Shown here piece by piece: positions 11,169-24,969 of a stretch of 43,538 nucleotides of DNA. Position numbers and translations under genes: made by a program. The stretch comes from a virus (taxonomy: Duplodnaviria; Heunggongvirae; Uroviricota; Caudoviricetes), in the IMG/VR virus record IMGVR_UViG_2687453364_000004; one strand, given 5' to 3'. Every line of letters begins with the position of its first letter. Position 1 is the stretch's first letter. Under the pieces are notes generated by a model. That model had not been told where the DNA came from. It did no database searches and saw only the letters and a program-made list of their open reading frames with translations.

Positions 11169-11999
11169 ACCGGACTCCTCCTGCGATCCCTTCTGATACT
11201 GTCATCAGCATTACGTCATCCTCCGTCATGTCCGCCACATCCGGGGAAGCGGGGATAACTTCATTCCCGTCCGGGCCAAAGCGGACACCTCCGGCAAGCC
11301 CTGCCGCTTTCTGCATCAGCACATCATCTTCAGGCTCTTCGTCAGCCTCGCGCCGGTTCAGCAGACTGAAATCCAGCGGATGCATATCCGGATCGCTGAA
11401 AAACAGGCTGAGCACGGTGTACGTCAGCCCGGAAAAGTGCATATCCAGCAGAACATCATGAAAATAATGGGTACTGTAAAAGCGGTGCCAGTCGGCATAC
11501 TCCGTGGATGACATCCCGGCAAGCATGGCACGCCAGTCGGGTCGCCCCATCTCACGCGCCAGTTTCAGGGCAAAACTCAGCTCACCGTCGAACACTTTCC
11601 CGCAGAAACAGGCTCTGCAGGCCCGGCGTCCTCTGCCTGTTCGGGGGCATTATTCACCACAAACTCATACATACCGGACAGCCGGTACACCACGTTTTCA
11701 GCATGAGAAATTGCCTCTGTGGGCCAGGTGGTAAGCACTTCCTGCTCAATCTGTTTAACGGCTTCATTCATGGACGGCATCTGCGTCTTCTTCGGATGGT
11801 TATGCCACAGGGACATCGCCACCAGAAACGCGCCGGTTCTGATGACGTCTTCCACAGTAACCTGCCGGTTGCTGTCGGATCCCGCCGGTTCTGCCTGCCG
11901 TTTCATCAGGGCAAGATGCTCAATACGCTGCAGGGCTGACAGTTCAGAAAGCGTGACGGTCACGCCGTTATATTCAAATGATTCGGTTTTCAGGAACAT
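11161..11999 (-). CDS. T: tail assembly chaperone G-T fusion made by programmed -1 frameshift
   Basis: the ORF 11161-11595 is in the -1 frame relative to G and matches lambda T; the slippery heptamer G GGA AAG sits at the end of G. Confidence 0.85.
11577..11999 (-). CDS. G: tail assembly chaperone G
   Basis: 140 aa, MFLKTESFEYNGVTVTLSELSALQRIEHLALMKRQAE... matches lambda gpG. Confidence 0.95.
   Translation of the reverse strand: MFLKTESFEYNGVTVTLSELSALQRIEHLALMKRQAEPAGSDSNRQVTVEDVIRTGAFLVAMSLWHNHPKKTQMPSMNEAVKQIEQEVLTTWPTEAISHAENVVYRLSGMYEFVVNNAPEQAEDAGPAEPVSAGKCSTVS
11595..11601 (-). promoter_or_regulatory. programmed -1 ribosomal frameshift slippery site (G GGA AAG) for G-T
   Basis: minus-strand GGGAAAG in the G frame just before the G stop, the same heptamer used in lambda G-T. 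Confidence 0.8.
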
Positions 12000-12014
12000 C
12001 GCTGACTCTCCGGA

Positions 12015-12755
12015 TTAACTGGCGGTGACGGTGATTTCTGCAACCGCAGCAAACTCACCATTACCGGATACAACCGGAATGTTGACCTTGCCTGCAGCAA
12101 CGCCGTTCACGGTGATGGTCATACCGCTGACCGACACGGTGGCTTTTGTTTTATCCGCAGACACCGCACGGAAGCTCTTGTCGGTTGCGCCCTCCGGCTG
12201 GAATGCCACGGTCAGCGTAGTGCTCTGCCCTTTCACTACGGAAGCACTGGCGGGTGTCACCGTCATGCCGGTTGTCGCCGTCACCGTGCTGCGATCTTCT
12301 GCCATCGACGGACGTCCCACGTTGGTGACTTTCACCGTGCGGGTGATCACTTCCTTCGCCGTCACCGCCTTACCGATACTGCTGACCCAGCCGCGGAACA
12401 CATCGACCGTGCCGTTCGGGAAGCGGATTTTATAGGCACGGGTATCCCCTTCATTAAACCACGCCAGCAGCGCCTGCTGCCCCTGCTCTCCGGGCATCCA
12501 CGCCAGCGTGAAGCTGGTATCTCCGGCAGATTTCTGCCCCTGCCCGGTCGCAGTCCAGTCCGCATCTTCATCATCGAGATAGCTGTCGTCATAGGACTCA
12601 GCGCTCAGTTCGCCGGGCGTCAGGTCTTTAACTTTAGCCAGACGCGACCAGTCAACGTCTGAAAGCGGGTTCGCATAAGGGTCACCGTTCCCCTTATAAA
12701 CCCACAGGGTGGTCCCGGCCCCTTTCACCGGCATTACTGGATTTGGTACAGGCAT
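12015..12755 (-). CDS. V: major tail protein V
   Basis: [36 protein letters not shown]... matches lambda gpV; start placed at the internal ATG of the track ORF. Confidence 0.95.
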   Translation of the reverse strand: MPVPNPVMPVKGAGTTLWVYKGNGDPYANPLSDVDWSRLAKVKDLTPGELSAESYDDSYLDDEDADWTATGQGQKSAGDTSFTLAWMPGEQGQQALLAWFNEGDTRAYKIRFPNGTVDVFRGWVSSIGKAVTAKEVITRTVKVTNVGRPSMAEDRSTVTATTGMTVTPASASVVKGQSTTLTVAFQPEGATDKSFRAVSADKTKATVSVSGMTITVNGVAAGKVNIPVVSGNGEFAAVAEITVTAS

Positions 12756-12762
12756 ATCGTCC

Positions 12763-13158
12763 TCACATTTCATAGGTAATGACATAAGTCAGATCGGCTG
12801 AACTCCACAGGCCCGCATCATCGTCGCGCCGGTAGTCATAGCCACTGGCCACCATACTGGTGATCAAATCTGACAGTGCCGGGACATCGCTCATCACCGG
12901 ATAAATCCGGGACTCCATCCACGAATCCAGCTCTGAATCCGGCACCTGAGCAGGCAGGAAAACTTCAATATGCAGCTCCGCCTGCCAGGTATCGCTGTCC
13001 AGCTCTTCGCCCGTGTATTCAGCGCCGGTGAGATAAACGGCAACTGCCGGAAAATCCTCCTCATCAAAAACAGCGGGGCGACCATCAAAAAGCGTCGCCC
13101 CGGTGTCATGTTTTTCCAGTGCATCCAGTACGGCTGCACGGAGTTCTGTATGTTTCAT
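12763..13158 (-). CDS. U: tail terminator protein U
   Basis: 131 aa, [36 protein letters not shown]... matches lambda gpU. Confidence 0.95.
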   Translation of the reverse strand: MKHTELRAAVLDALEKHDTGATLFDGRPAVFDEEDFPAVAVYLTGAEYTGEELDSDTWQAELHIEVFLPAQVPDSELDSWMESRIYPVMSDVPALSDLITSMVASGYDYRRDDDAGLWSSADLTYVITYEM

Positions 13159-13732
13159 CGCTTTATTACCATCCTCAGTTGATGCTGCAGCGCATAGCCC
13201 AGCTCTTTCGGAAGACGTTCACGCCGTATCCGCTCAATATTCTGTTTAAACGCCGTGGTCAGCGGCACTGCCATCGGGATTTTCACCACATCAATGGGGT
13301 AACGGTTTTTCCCGGCCACACGCTGCATGACATGCCATCGGCCATTTTTCAGTTGCTGAATAAACGCGCCGGGAATACGACGGTTTCCCACCACAAGCAC
13401 GCTGTCGCCACCTTTCAGGGATGAACGCTGCCCCTTTTTACGACGCCTGCGTCGGGACAGGACAACCCGCGCGTTACCCAGCCTGATTACGGGCAAATCC
13501 CCCGGTTAACCTTGATTCTGGCCTGCGGATTTTTGACCGTGGCCCTTTTCAGCCTGGCCCTTTCCTTTACCAGTTTCCGGCGTACCTTTGTCTCACGGGC
13601 AACCTGTGACGCCGACTGCGATATCGCGGATGAAGCAACGCGGTTAATGGCCATTGCGGCGGCACCGGGCACCGCCGTTCTGCTGATACGGCTGAGGTTT
13701 TCAACGGCCTGCTCAAGACCTTTTATGGCCAT
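13155..13732 (-). pseudogene. Z: tail completion protein Z, interrupted by a frameshift
   Basis: lambda Z (~192 aa) is split into two overlapping track ORFs (13487-13732 ending ...KVNRGICP*, and 13155-13496 starting at a TTG with PVIRLGNARVV...); the junction lies in a run of five G (minus strand) where, from memory of lambda gpZ (...NRGDLPVIKLG...), there should be six. Confidence 0.7.
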
Positions 13733-13743
13733 ACATCCCCCCT

Positions 13744-14097
13744 TCAGCGACGACGGTTAACGGCAGGCGGCACGCCACGCCCAAGCCAGAGATGACAGCT
13801 TCCGCCATCATCCGTCGAAATCCGGTCTATCCAGAAGTTTTCCTCACCGATGGTCAGCGTGTCGCCGCGCCGCAGCTGCCGCACATCATCAGTCCGGACA
13901 AACAGGGACGGGCTGGAGCCTTCAACGCGCACGCCCTGTCCGGCATAGCTGATATTTTCAGGGTCATCAAAAACACCACGTATTACTGCGCCGGACTGCT
14001 CACCGGATGTCATGGTGGCTGACGTTCCCATGTACCCGCGTATCGTTTCATCGGCGCGGACAATGGCAGCATCGAACAGGTTATCGAAATCAGCCAC
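13744..14097 (-). CDS. FII: head-tail joining protein FII
   Basis: 117 aa, MADFDNLFDAAIVRADETIRGYMGTSATMTSGEQSG... matches lambda gpFII. Confidence 0.95.
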   Translation of the reverse strand: MADFDNLFDAAIVRADETIRGYMGTSATMTSGEQSGAVIRGVFDDPENISYAGQGVRVEGSSPSLFVRTDDVRQLRRGDTLTIGEENFWIDRISTDDGGSCHLWLGRGVPPAVNRRR

Positions 14098-14108
14098 AGC
14101 GCCTCCCG

Positions 14109-14507
14109 TTATTGCATTCTGGCCAGGCCACGTTCTGTCATTTCGGCTGCCACACCGGCAGAGACACGGAACGCCGTTCCCGGAAGCACAAATGCCACAG
14201 GTTCATCCCGCGTGGCGTGAAGTGCATCAGTATGCAGCGTCACCAGTGCCACGACCGTGACCAGTTCAGACGTATCCAGAATCACGGTATCCGGCTGCGC
14301 TGATCCCACCTCATTTTCATGTCCGGTCAGCACATTTTCCCGGCTGAGAGGGGTGTCCTGACCGGCAGTTTCATCCGTGTCATCAAGCTCCTCTTCCAGC
14401 TCTGCCACACGGAGCGCCAGTTCTTCTTTCGTCCCCGTCAGGCTGACATCACGGTTCAGTTGTTCACCCAGCGAGCGGAGACGGGCAATCAGTTCATCTT
14501 TCGTCAT
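14109..14507 (-). CDS. FI: DNA packaging protein FI
   Basis: MTKDELIARLRSLGEQLNRDVSLTGTKEELALRVAEL... matches lambda gpFI; internal ATG with GGAGG Shine-Dalgarno. Confidence 0.9.
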   Translation of the reverse strand: MTKDELIARLRSLGEQLNRDVSLTGTKEELALRVAELEEELDDTDETAGQDTPLSRENVLTGHENEVGSAQPDTVILDTSELVTVVALVTLHTDALHATRDEPVAFVLPGTAFRVSAGVAAEMTERGLARMQ

Positions 14508-14548
14508 GGACTCCTCCACAGAGAAACAATGGCCCCGAAGGGCCATGA

Positions 14549-15574
14549 TTACGCCAGTTGTACGGACACGAACTCATCAGGGTCAGCCAGCAGCATCAGC
14601 GGTGCTGACTGAATCATGGTGAACTCACGCGCCGGATCGCCGGTGGTCACCCAGTTTTTCGGGTAACGGGCAGAGGCGTTAATGCCTTCGAGCTGTGCGT
14701 CCGCATCCTGAATGCAGCCATAGGTGCGCAGACCGCGTGCCTGAGTGTTCCCCAGCACCATCGTGTTGTCCGGCAGGAAGTTCTTTTTGACGCCGTTTTC
14801 CACGTACTGTCCGGAATACACGACGATGGCCACATCGCCATACATCCCCTTATAGGACACCGCTTTACCCAGGTCTTTCACCGCTGTCTCCAGCTCGGAA
14901 TTAGAACCACGACGGGTATCCAGCTTCTCCTTGACGGCTTTGAAGGAACGGAACAGCGCCCAGCCTTTCGGATCGAACACGATGATATTCACCACACCGC
15001 TGGCGTTCAGCGCGTAGGCTTCGATATCGTCGGTCGGGTCATACGTGGACTTGTCACGCTTGCTCCACTCCGTGCCGCCGGACTGCGTGATGTTATTCTC
15101 CTCACTGCGGCCCATATCCACCTCAACCGGATCGAAGGCTTCACCGGTCATGGTGTATTTGCCCTTAAGCACGGCAGAAACTGCCTGCATCTCTTCGACC
15201 TGAGCAATGGCCAGCTCTTCGTCACGCATGTTCTGCATGATGATGCGACGGCGGCGGTAAGCCGGGTCCACCAGATTCTGCGGATCTTCATCCGGCAGGC
15301 GACGCAGGGTCATCTGCGGATTCACTTCATGCTTCGGCTTGACATATCCCGGCGTAAATTCAGAGGTGGAGCCGCCACGGGAACGGATAACCTCACCGGA
15401 AACAATCGGCGAAACGTACAGCGCCATGTTTACCAGTCCCGGAATTTGTGAGAGATAGACTTTCTCCGTGGTGAAGGGATAGCTCTCACGGAAAAAGAGA
15501 CGCAGAAACAGCGGATCAAACTTAAATTTCTGCTCATTTGCCGCCAGCAGCTGGGCGGTTGTGTACATCGACAT
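14549..15574 (-). CDS. E: major capsid protein E
   Basis: MSMYTTAQLLAANEQKFKFDPLFLRLFFRESYPFTTEKVYLSQIPGLVNMALYVSP... matches lambda gpE. Confidence 0.95.
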   Translation of the reverse strand: MSMYTTAQLLAANEQKFKFDPLFLRLFFRESYPFTTEKVYLSQIPGLVNMALYVSPIVSGEVIRSRGGSTSEFTPGYVKPKHEVNPQMTLRRLPDEDPQNLVDPAYRRRRIIMQNMRDEELAIAQVEEMQAVSAVLKGKYTMTGEAFDPVEVDMGRSEENNITQSGGTEWSKRDKSTYDPTDDIEAYALNASGVVNIIVFDPKGWALFRSFKAVKEKLDTRRGSNSELETAVKDLGKAVSYKGMYGDVAIVVYSGQYVENGVKKNFLPDNTMVLGNTQARGLRTYGCIQDADAQLEGINASARYPKNWVTTGDPAREFTMIQSAPLMLLADPDEFVSVQLA

Positions 15575-15629
15575 AAAAAAATCCCGTAAAAAAAGCCGCA
15601 CAGGCGGCCTTTAGTGATGAAGGGTAAAG

Positions 15630-15962
15630 TTAAACGATGCTGATTGCCGTTCCGGCAAACGCGGTCCGTTTTTTCGTCTCGTCGCTGGCAGCCTCCGGCC
15701 AGAGCACATCCTCATAACGGAACGTGCCGGACTTGTAGAACGTCAGCGTGGTGCTGGTCTGGTCAGCAGCAACCGCAAGAATGCCAACGGCAGCACCGTC
15801 GGTGGTGCCATCCCACGCAACCAGCTTACGGCTGGAGGTGTCCAGCATCAGCGGGGTCATTGCAGGCGCTTTCGCACTCAATCCGCCGGGCGCGGTTGCG
15901 GTATGAGCCGGGTCACTGTTGCCCAGCGGCTGGTAATGGGTAAAGGTTTCTTTGCTCGTCAT
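15630..15962 (-). CDS. D: capsid decoration protein D
   Basis: [52 protein letters not shown]... matches lambda gpD. Confidence 0.95.
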   Translation of the reverse strand: MTSKETFTHYQPLGNSDPAHTATAPGGLSAKAPAMTPLMLDTSSRKLVAWDGTTDGAAVGILAVAADQTSTTLTFYKSGTFRYEDVLWPEAASDETKKRTAFAGTAISIV

Positions 15963-15971
15963 AAACATCCC

Positions 15972-16577
15972 TTACACTGGTGTGTTCAGCAAATCGTTAA
16001 CGGCATCAGATGCCAGGTTACCTGCAGCCAGCGGTGCCGGTGCCCCCTGCATCAGACGATCCAGCGCAGTGTCACTGCGCGCCTGTGCACTCTGTGGTGC
16101 AACTGCCAGAATGCGGCGGGCCGTTTCCACGGTCATACCAGGGGTTTCGGCCAGCACGCGTGCCTGTTCTTCGCGTCCGTGAGCTTCCTCACAGTTGAGG
16201 ATCCCCATAATGCGACTGTTTTCTGCCGCAACCGCTGCGGTGATCTGCGCGTTCACGTCCGGCTGCGCAGCGCTGGCGTTCTCGCCCTCCGTCGCTGGCA
16301 CCACGCCAGTAACGTCAGCCTGCGAAGCAGTGGCTGAAACAGTTGTTGATTGAGTCTCTTTGGTCATTCGCCCTCCTGAGAGACGGGATTTACGTGCATC
16401 CAGTGCATCACGCATGACGGTGATCGCATCGGTACTGTTAACAAGTTCATCAGCCAGTCCGGCATCAATGGCCTCCTGACCGCTGTACACTGCAGCCTCG
16501 GTATCCAGCACAGCCTGCACGGACAGGCCGGTATATGCCGACACCTTCTGTGCAAACATCCGGCGGGTTGCATCCAT
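15972..16577 (-). CDS. nu3: capsid scaffolding protein Nu3 (in-frame internal start within C)
   Basis: in-frame ATG (MDATRRMFAQKVSAYTGL...) 606 nt before the C stop, the same arrangement as lambda Nu3. Confidence 0.55.
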   Translation of the reverse strand: MDATRRMFAQKVSAYTGLSVQAVLDTEAAVYSGQEAIDAGLADELVNSTDAITVMRDALDARKSRLSGGRMTKETQSTTVSATASQADVTGVVPATEGENASAAQPDVNAQITAAVAAENSRIMGILNCEEAHGREEQARVLAETPGMTVETARRILAVAPQSAQARSDTALDRLMQGAPAPLAAGNLASDAVNDLLNTPV

Positions 16578-17271
16578 CCGGGACTGCAGTGTTTCCCGGA
16601 CATCATCCGGTAGATGGCTGTAGGGGTTGCCATCCACCTTATGGCTGCCGCTGTAAATCAGCGTGATTTCCACGCCCTGTTTCTCCAGCGCAGCACCGTA
16701 ATTACTGTGAGCCATCATGACGCCGATGGAGCCTGTCCGGGCGGTCTGCGTGACCAGACGTCGGGAGGCGGCGCTGGCAAGCAACTGACCTGCACTGCAG
16801 TTCATGTCGTTGGCCAGCGCCCATACCGGCTTTATGTCACGCACACGGGCGATGATGTCAGCGCAGTCAAATGCCCCTGCCACCATCCCGCCTGGCGTAT
16901 CCATATCGAGCAGAATGCCGTCCACCATCGGGTCGCTGGCAGCCTGTTGCAGACGGGCGATAATGCCGTTGTAACCGGTCATCCCCGAATACGGCTGCAG
17001 CGCTCGCGTCCGACTGACCAGCGTGCCGGACACCGGCAGCACGGCGATGCCGTTCATGACCTGATAACTGCGGGCCTGTCGTGGTCCGTCATCATCAACG
17101 GATAACGCCAGCGCCGCGGGTGCCTCTCCGGCAGTCAGGCTGTCGCCGGATACCGCATCCGTCAGGCGGCTGATCCCAAGCTGGCCTGCAAGCGCACAAA
17201 AGAAAACCCGCGCATAGGCGGGTTCAAGCATCAGCGGCTCATTAAAGGCCATACTGGCAATATGCGGGAGA

Positions 17272-17291
<20 letters not shown>
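15972..17291 (-). CDS. C: capsid assembly protease C
   Basis: matches lambda gpC from TAELRNLPHIASMAFNEPLMLEPAYARVFF... onward; the codon corresponding to the lambda start reads GTG here; overlaps the end of B by 20 nt as in lambda. Confidence 0.85.
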
Positions 17292-20972
<3,681 letters not shown>

Positions 20973-20998
<26 letters not shown>

Positions 20999-21518
20999 TC
21001 AGCAACCCCGGTATCAGTTCATCCAGCGCGGCTGCTTTGTTCATGGCTTTGATGATATCCCGTTTCAGGAAATCAACATGTCGGTTTTCCAGTTCCGGAA
21101 AACGCCGCTGCACCGACAGGGGGATCCCGTCGAGAATACTGGCAATTTCACCTGCGATCCGCGACAGCACGAAAGTACAGAATGCGGTTTCCACCACTTC
21201 AGCGGAGTCTCTGGCATTTTTCAGCTCCTGTGCGTCGGCCTGCGCACGCGTAAGTCGATGGCGTTCGTACTCAATAGTCCCTGGCTGGAGATCTGTCTCG
21301 CTGGCCTGTCGCAGTTCTTCAACCTCCCGGCGCAGCTTTTCGTTCTCAATTTCAGCATCCCTTTCGGCATACCATTTTATGACGTCGGCAGAGTCATAAA
21401 GCACCTCATTACCCTTCCCACCGCCTCGCAGAACGGGCATTCCCTGCTCCTGCCAGTTCTGAATAGTACGGATACTCGCGCCGAAAATGTCAGCCAGCTG
21501 CTTTTTGTTGACTTCCAT
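20973..21518 (-). CDS. nu1: terminase small subunit Nu1
   Basis: 181 aa, MEVNKKQLADIFGASIRTIQNWQEQGMPVLRGGGKGNEVLYDS... matches lambda gpNu1. Confidence 0.95.
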
Positions 21519-21695
21519 TGTTCATTCCACGGACAAAAACAGAGAAAGGAAACGACAGAGGCCAAAAAGCCCGTTTTCAGCACCTGTCGTTTCCTTTCTT
21601 TTCAGGGAGTGTTTTAAATAAAAACATTAAGTTACGGCGAAGAAGAACGGAAACGCCTTAAACCGGAAAATTTTCATAAATAGCGAAAACCCGCG

Positions 21696-21708
21696 AGGTC
21701 GCCGCCCC
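21696..21708 (-). other. cos: cosN cohesive-end site (12-nt overhang), with cosB between it and nu1
   Basis: the plus strand reads ...CATAAATAGCGAAAACCCGCGAGGTCGCCGCCCCGTAACCTGTTGG..., the reverse complement of the lambda left end GGGCGGCGACCTCGCGGGTTTTCGCTATTTATG; it lies ~190 nt upstream of the nu1 ATG as in lambda; coordinates +/-1. Confidence 0.85.
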
Positions 21709-21855
21709 GTAACCTGTTGGATCGACGGAAAGGACCCGAAAACGAGAATAATTATCACTTACAGCAAGAATCGAATCTGATCTATTATGGTGCTTGCTAT
21801 TATGTGCCGGCACAAGTGCGTCGTTTACCGTCATTTCACACAGAGGCATCATCAA

Positions 21856-22107
21856 ATGAAAATCAGAAATATTCTCGCTATCTCCCTTGCGACATCATCC
21901 TTCAGTTGCCTGGCATTTAAATCCTCGCCCAATGTGCTACCAGGACCAACGAATCAACTAACTGCGGTAGAAAGTAAAATTATCGGACATTTTTATGCCC
22001 CACACAGTACATTACCCGGAACAACCATCACAGGGACATGTGACGCCTCCCCCGTCCCGGGATGCACCTGTCCGTTTTGTACTATGCTGCGTAGCCAAAA
22101 CCGATAA
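21856..22107 (+). CDS. hypothetical small secreted cysteine-rich protein (moron candidate)
   Basis: internal ATG of the track ORF 21787-22107 gives MKIRNILAISLATSSFSCLA..., a signal-peptide-like N-terminus, and a C-terminus with four Cys (GTCDASPVPGCTCPFC); weak GAGG Shine-Dalgarno; no family recognised. Confidence 0.3.
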   Translation: MKIRNILAISLATSSFSCLAFKSSPNVLPGPTNQLTAVESKIIGHFYAPHSTLPGTTITGTCDASPVPGCTCPFCTMLRSQNR

Positions 22108-22168
22108 CATCCGCATTTACCTGGTATTCCATGATGAGTTCACGCAGCGACTGATAGAGGAAGGAAAG

Positions 22169-22348
22169 ATGGTTAGTAAAAGCAAGGCGCATTGCCGCCG
22201 CATGCTGCAGGCATTGCAACAGACGAGAGCAGGTATTTTTGACCAGTTGGAAAACTGCCAGCATACTTTGCCCGAGTATATCGCCATCTCATCGGAAACC
22301 AGTGCAACTCTTATTCATCGGGTTCCACCAGAGAAAAAGAAGAAATGA
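22169..22348 (+). CDS. hypothetical small lysine-tailed protein
   Basis: internal ATG of the track ORF 21995-22348 with a good AGGAAGGA Shine-Dalgarno, giving MVSKSKAHCRRMLQALQQTRAGIF...EKKKK; unknown function; the longer form cannot be excluded. Confidence 0.25.
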   Translation: MVSKSKAHCRRMLQALQQTRAGIFDQLENCQHTLPEYIAISSETSATLIHRVPPEKKKK

Positions 22349-22470
22349 ACAGTGAGGCGTTGTGTGGCATACAACGCCTTCTTCCATCATTCCTCGTCAG
22401 CCATGACAAAAATATAACCGCTGGCTCTTTCATTTTTCTCCTGCTTCCAGCCCCTCTCTACCTGGAAGCA

Positions 22471-22797
22471 TCAAGGACGTGACGGCGTAAAGATAAATTG
22501 TCTCTTCACTCCCTGACAGGGGCGATTCTTTTCAAATCGCCATTTCGCCATGGCCTTCACCACTTCATCACGAAACAAATTATGAGGCTCTGAGCGGAGA
22601 AAAACGATCCGTGTCACAGTCCCATCAGCACCAATATCGAACTTAACCTCAACCAGCCCCTTGATATAATTTGCTGCAGCATATTCCGGATATCGTGGAT
22701 ACACCGTCACTAATTGCCGGGGCTCATCAGCTTTTTGCTGCGAGCATCCCACTGCCAGGACAGATAACAGAAAAAGTAGTAAAAGGCGTCTTTTCAT
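22471..22797 (-). CDS. lipoprotein with a TonB C-terminal-like domain (moron)
   Basis: internal ATG gives MKRRLLLLFLLSVLAVGCSQQ (lipobox LAVGC); the C-terminal region YPRYPEYAAANYIKGLVEVKFDIGADGTVTRIVFLRSEPHNLFRDEVVKAMAKWRFEKNRP fits the TonB_C pattern (YP..A....G.V.V.F.I...G.V..V.......F...........W.F) from memory. Confidence 0.5.
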   Translation of the reverse strand: MKRRLLLLFLLSVLAVGCSQQKADEPRQLVTVYPRYPEYAAANYIKGLVEVKFDIGADGTVTRIVFLRSEPHNLFRDEVVKAMAKWRFEKNRPCQGVKRQFIFTPSRP

Positions 22798-23277
22798 TTT
22801 TATTCCTACGGGTCTTATTCTGACAATATATCCTGTGTTCCAGACTGCCACATCACCACATCCTGTGCCATTATCTGACTCACATTACATACATCGCATC
22901 GGGATACAGTAGTAGCACTTTCTGTAATACAGCTTCCTGTTTCTTCCACCATCGCACCGGGATAAACCCGCGAATCATTAACGCGGTAAAAACCCGGTGT
23001 GCATCGTTTTTAATTATTCCCGCACACTCACGCAGAAGGAATTCCCCGTCGGGCTACGGTCATGGTTAATGCGGGAATACGGCGACGATACAGCGCAGCT
23101 AAAAGGGTAATGGACGGATAGACCGGTTTATTTCATTCCACAGGATTCTGAGTGTCCCCAACTTCCTCCAATAGTCTGAGCCCACCTGTGTAGTTTTAAT
23201 TTTCATCAATCCATTTAACTATCGTTTAATTGTTGTCACATAGGATTCTGCCGTTTTTAACAATGCAGGATAATAAG

Positions 23278-23571
23278 ATGAAAAAAATGTTGTTTTCTGC
23301 CGCTCTGGCAATGCTTATTACAGGATGTGCTCAACAGACGTTTACTGTTGGAAACAAACCTACAGCAGTAACACCAAAGGAAACCATCACCCATCATTTC
23401 TTCGTTTCGGGAATTGGGCAGAAGAAAACTGTCGATGCAGCAAAAATTTGTGGTGGTGCAGAAAATGTTGTTAAAACAGAAACCCAGCAAACATTCGTAA
23501 ATGGATTGCTCGGTTTTATTACTTTAGGCATTTATACTCCGCTGGAAGCGCGTGTGTATTGCTCACAATAA
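23278..23571 (+). CDS. bor: Bor outer-membrane lipoprotein (serum-resistance family)
   Basis: MKKMLFSAALAMLITGCAQQTFTVGNKPTAVTPKETITHHFFVSGIGQKKTVDAAKICGG... is near-identical to lambda Bor; opposite strand to the late genes as in lambda. Confidence 0.9.
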   Translation: MKKMLFSAALAMLITGCAQQTFTVGNKPTAVTPKETITHHFFVSGIGQKKTVDAAKICGGAENVVKTETQQTFVNGLLGFITLGIYTPLEARVYCSQ

Positions 23572-23602
23572 TTGCATGAGTTGCCCATCGATATGGGCAG
23601 CT

Positions 23603-24064
23603 CTATCTGCACTGCTCATTAATATACTTCTGGGTTCCTTCCAGTTGTTTTTGCATAGTGATCAGCCTCTCTCTGAGGGTGAAATAATCCCGTTCAGCGG
23701 TGTCTGCCAGTCGGGGGGAGGCTGCATTATCCACGCCGGAGGCGGTGGTGGCTTCACGCACTGACTGACAGACTGCTTTGATGTGCAACCGACGACGACC
23801 AGCGGCAACATCATCACGCAGAGCATCATTTTCAGCTTTCGCATCAGCTAACTCCTTCGTGTATTTTGCATCGAGCGCAGCAACATCACGCTGACGCATC
23901 TGTATGTCAGTAATTGCCGCGTTCGCCAGCGTCAGTTCTCTGGCATTTTTGTCGCGCTGGGCTTTGTAGGTAATCGCGTTATCGCGGTAATGATTAACCG
24001 CCCATGAAAGGCAGACGATGACGCAGATAACCAGAGCGGAGATAATCGCGGTTATTCTGCTCAT
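23603..24064 (-). CDS. Rz: inner-membrane spanin Rz
   Basis: 153 aa, [43 protein letters not shown]... matches lambda Rz. Confidence 0.95.
   Translation of the reverse strand: MSRITAIISALVICVIVCLSWAVNHYRDNAITYKAQRDKNARELTLANAAITDIQMRQRDVAALDAKYTKELADAKAENDALRDDVAAGRRRLHIKAVCQSVREATTASGVDNAASPRLADTAERDYFTLRERLITMQKQLEGTQKYINEQCR
23662..23844 (-). CDS. Rz1: outer-membrane lipoprotein spanin Rz1 (embedded in Rz, +1 frame)
   Basis: 60 aa, [60 protein letters not shown] matches lambda Rz1. Confidence 0.9.
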   Translation of the reverse strand: MRKLKMMLCVMMLPLVVVGCTSKQSVSQCVKPPPPPAWIMQPPPDWQTPLNGIISPSERG

Positions 24065-24537
24065 ACCTCACTCTCTCTGAGCGTTCCGCCAGCTTCTTTG
24101 AATTTTGCAATCAGGCTGTCAGCCTTATGCTCGAACTGACCATAACCAGCGCCCGGCAGTGAAGCCCAGATATTGCTGCAACGGTCGATTGCCTGACGGA
24201 TATCACCGCGATCAATCATCGGTAAAGCACCACGCTCTTTAATCTGCTGTAATGCCACTGCGTCCTGGCTTTTGGGGGAGAAGTCTTTCAAACCAAGCTG
24301 TTTACGGTAAGCATCCCACCAGCGTGAAAGAAGCTGATAACGTCCGGCGGCTGTTGATTTGAGTTTGGGGTGTAGCGTGACAAGTTTGCGAGGGTGATCG
24401 GAGTAATCAGTAAACAGTTCGCCGCCAACAATAACATCATAACCGTGGTTACGTGTCGGTTGTCGCCCGTTATCCGTTCCTTCTGACCACGCCAACATAT
24501 CGAGGAAGGCTTTACGCTGAGGATTAAGATTTTGCAT
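24061..24537 (-). CDS. R: endolysin R (lambda-type lytic transglycosylase)
   Basis: 158 aa; ...[46 protein letters not shown]... matches lambda R. Confidence 0.95.
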   Translation of the reverse strand: MQNLNPQRKAFLDMLAWSEGTDNGRQPTRNHGYDVIVGGELFTDYSDHPRKLVTLHPKLKSTAAGRYQLLSRWWDAYRKQLGLKDFSPKSQDAVALQQIKERGALPMIDRGDIRQAIDRCSNIWASLPGAGYGQFEHKADSLIAKFKEAGGTLRESEV

Positions 24538-24829
24538 TTTTCACCCCTGTCAGTCGTTCCCAGAAGTACGTCAGTGCAACCGAACCCATCGCACCACTAA
24601 TCCCCGCTGTCGCGAGAATCATGTAAATACTGAATCCACTTTCGATGCTGATCAGGCCACCAATAACACCGGTGAATCCTGATACCACTATTTGAGCCAG
24701 AGCATTTATCCAACTCCACGTTGCTTTACTCTGCTTCACATCTATCAGGTAGCGGACCAGACCGCCCCAACCTGCGATGATCAGCAAAACGAGCCAGAAC
24801 GCTCCGGCAAGGCTCTCTTTTTCGTGCAT
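24524..24829 (-). CDS. holin (three predicted TM helices, not lambda-S type)
   Basis: sits immediately upstream of R with a 14-nt overlap; three hydrophobic segments; possible dual start (TTG at 24841, ATG at 24829); no similarity to lambda S105 recognised. Confidence 0.6.
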   Translation of the reverse strand: MHEKESLAGAFWLVLLIIAGWGGLVRYLIDVKQSKATWSWINALAQIVVSGFTGVIGGLISIESGFSIYMILATAGISGAMGSVALTYFWERLTGVKNAKS

Positions 24830-24943
24830 ATGAATAGCCAATGTTTCGCCGCCGACAAAAGGCCGGGACGTTAAATGTCAGAAATCAGGCTCACGGGGTA
24901 ATTTAACGACAAAGCACGGAGTTGATGCTCCCCGCAAGCCTGG

Positions 24944-24969
24944 AATAAAAAAGCCAGCATGTAGCTGGC
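24944..24969 (-). terminator. rho-independent terminator in the Q-to-holin intergenic region (tR'-like)
   Basis: minus strand reads GCCAGC-TACAT-GCTGGC followed by TTTTTTATT; coordinates +/-2. Confidence 0.6.
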
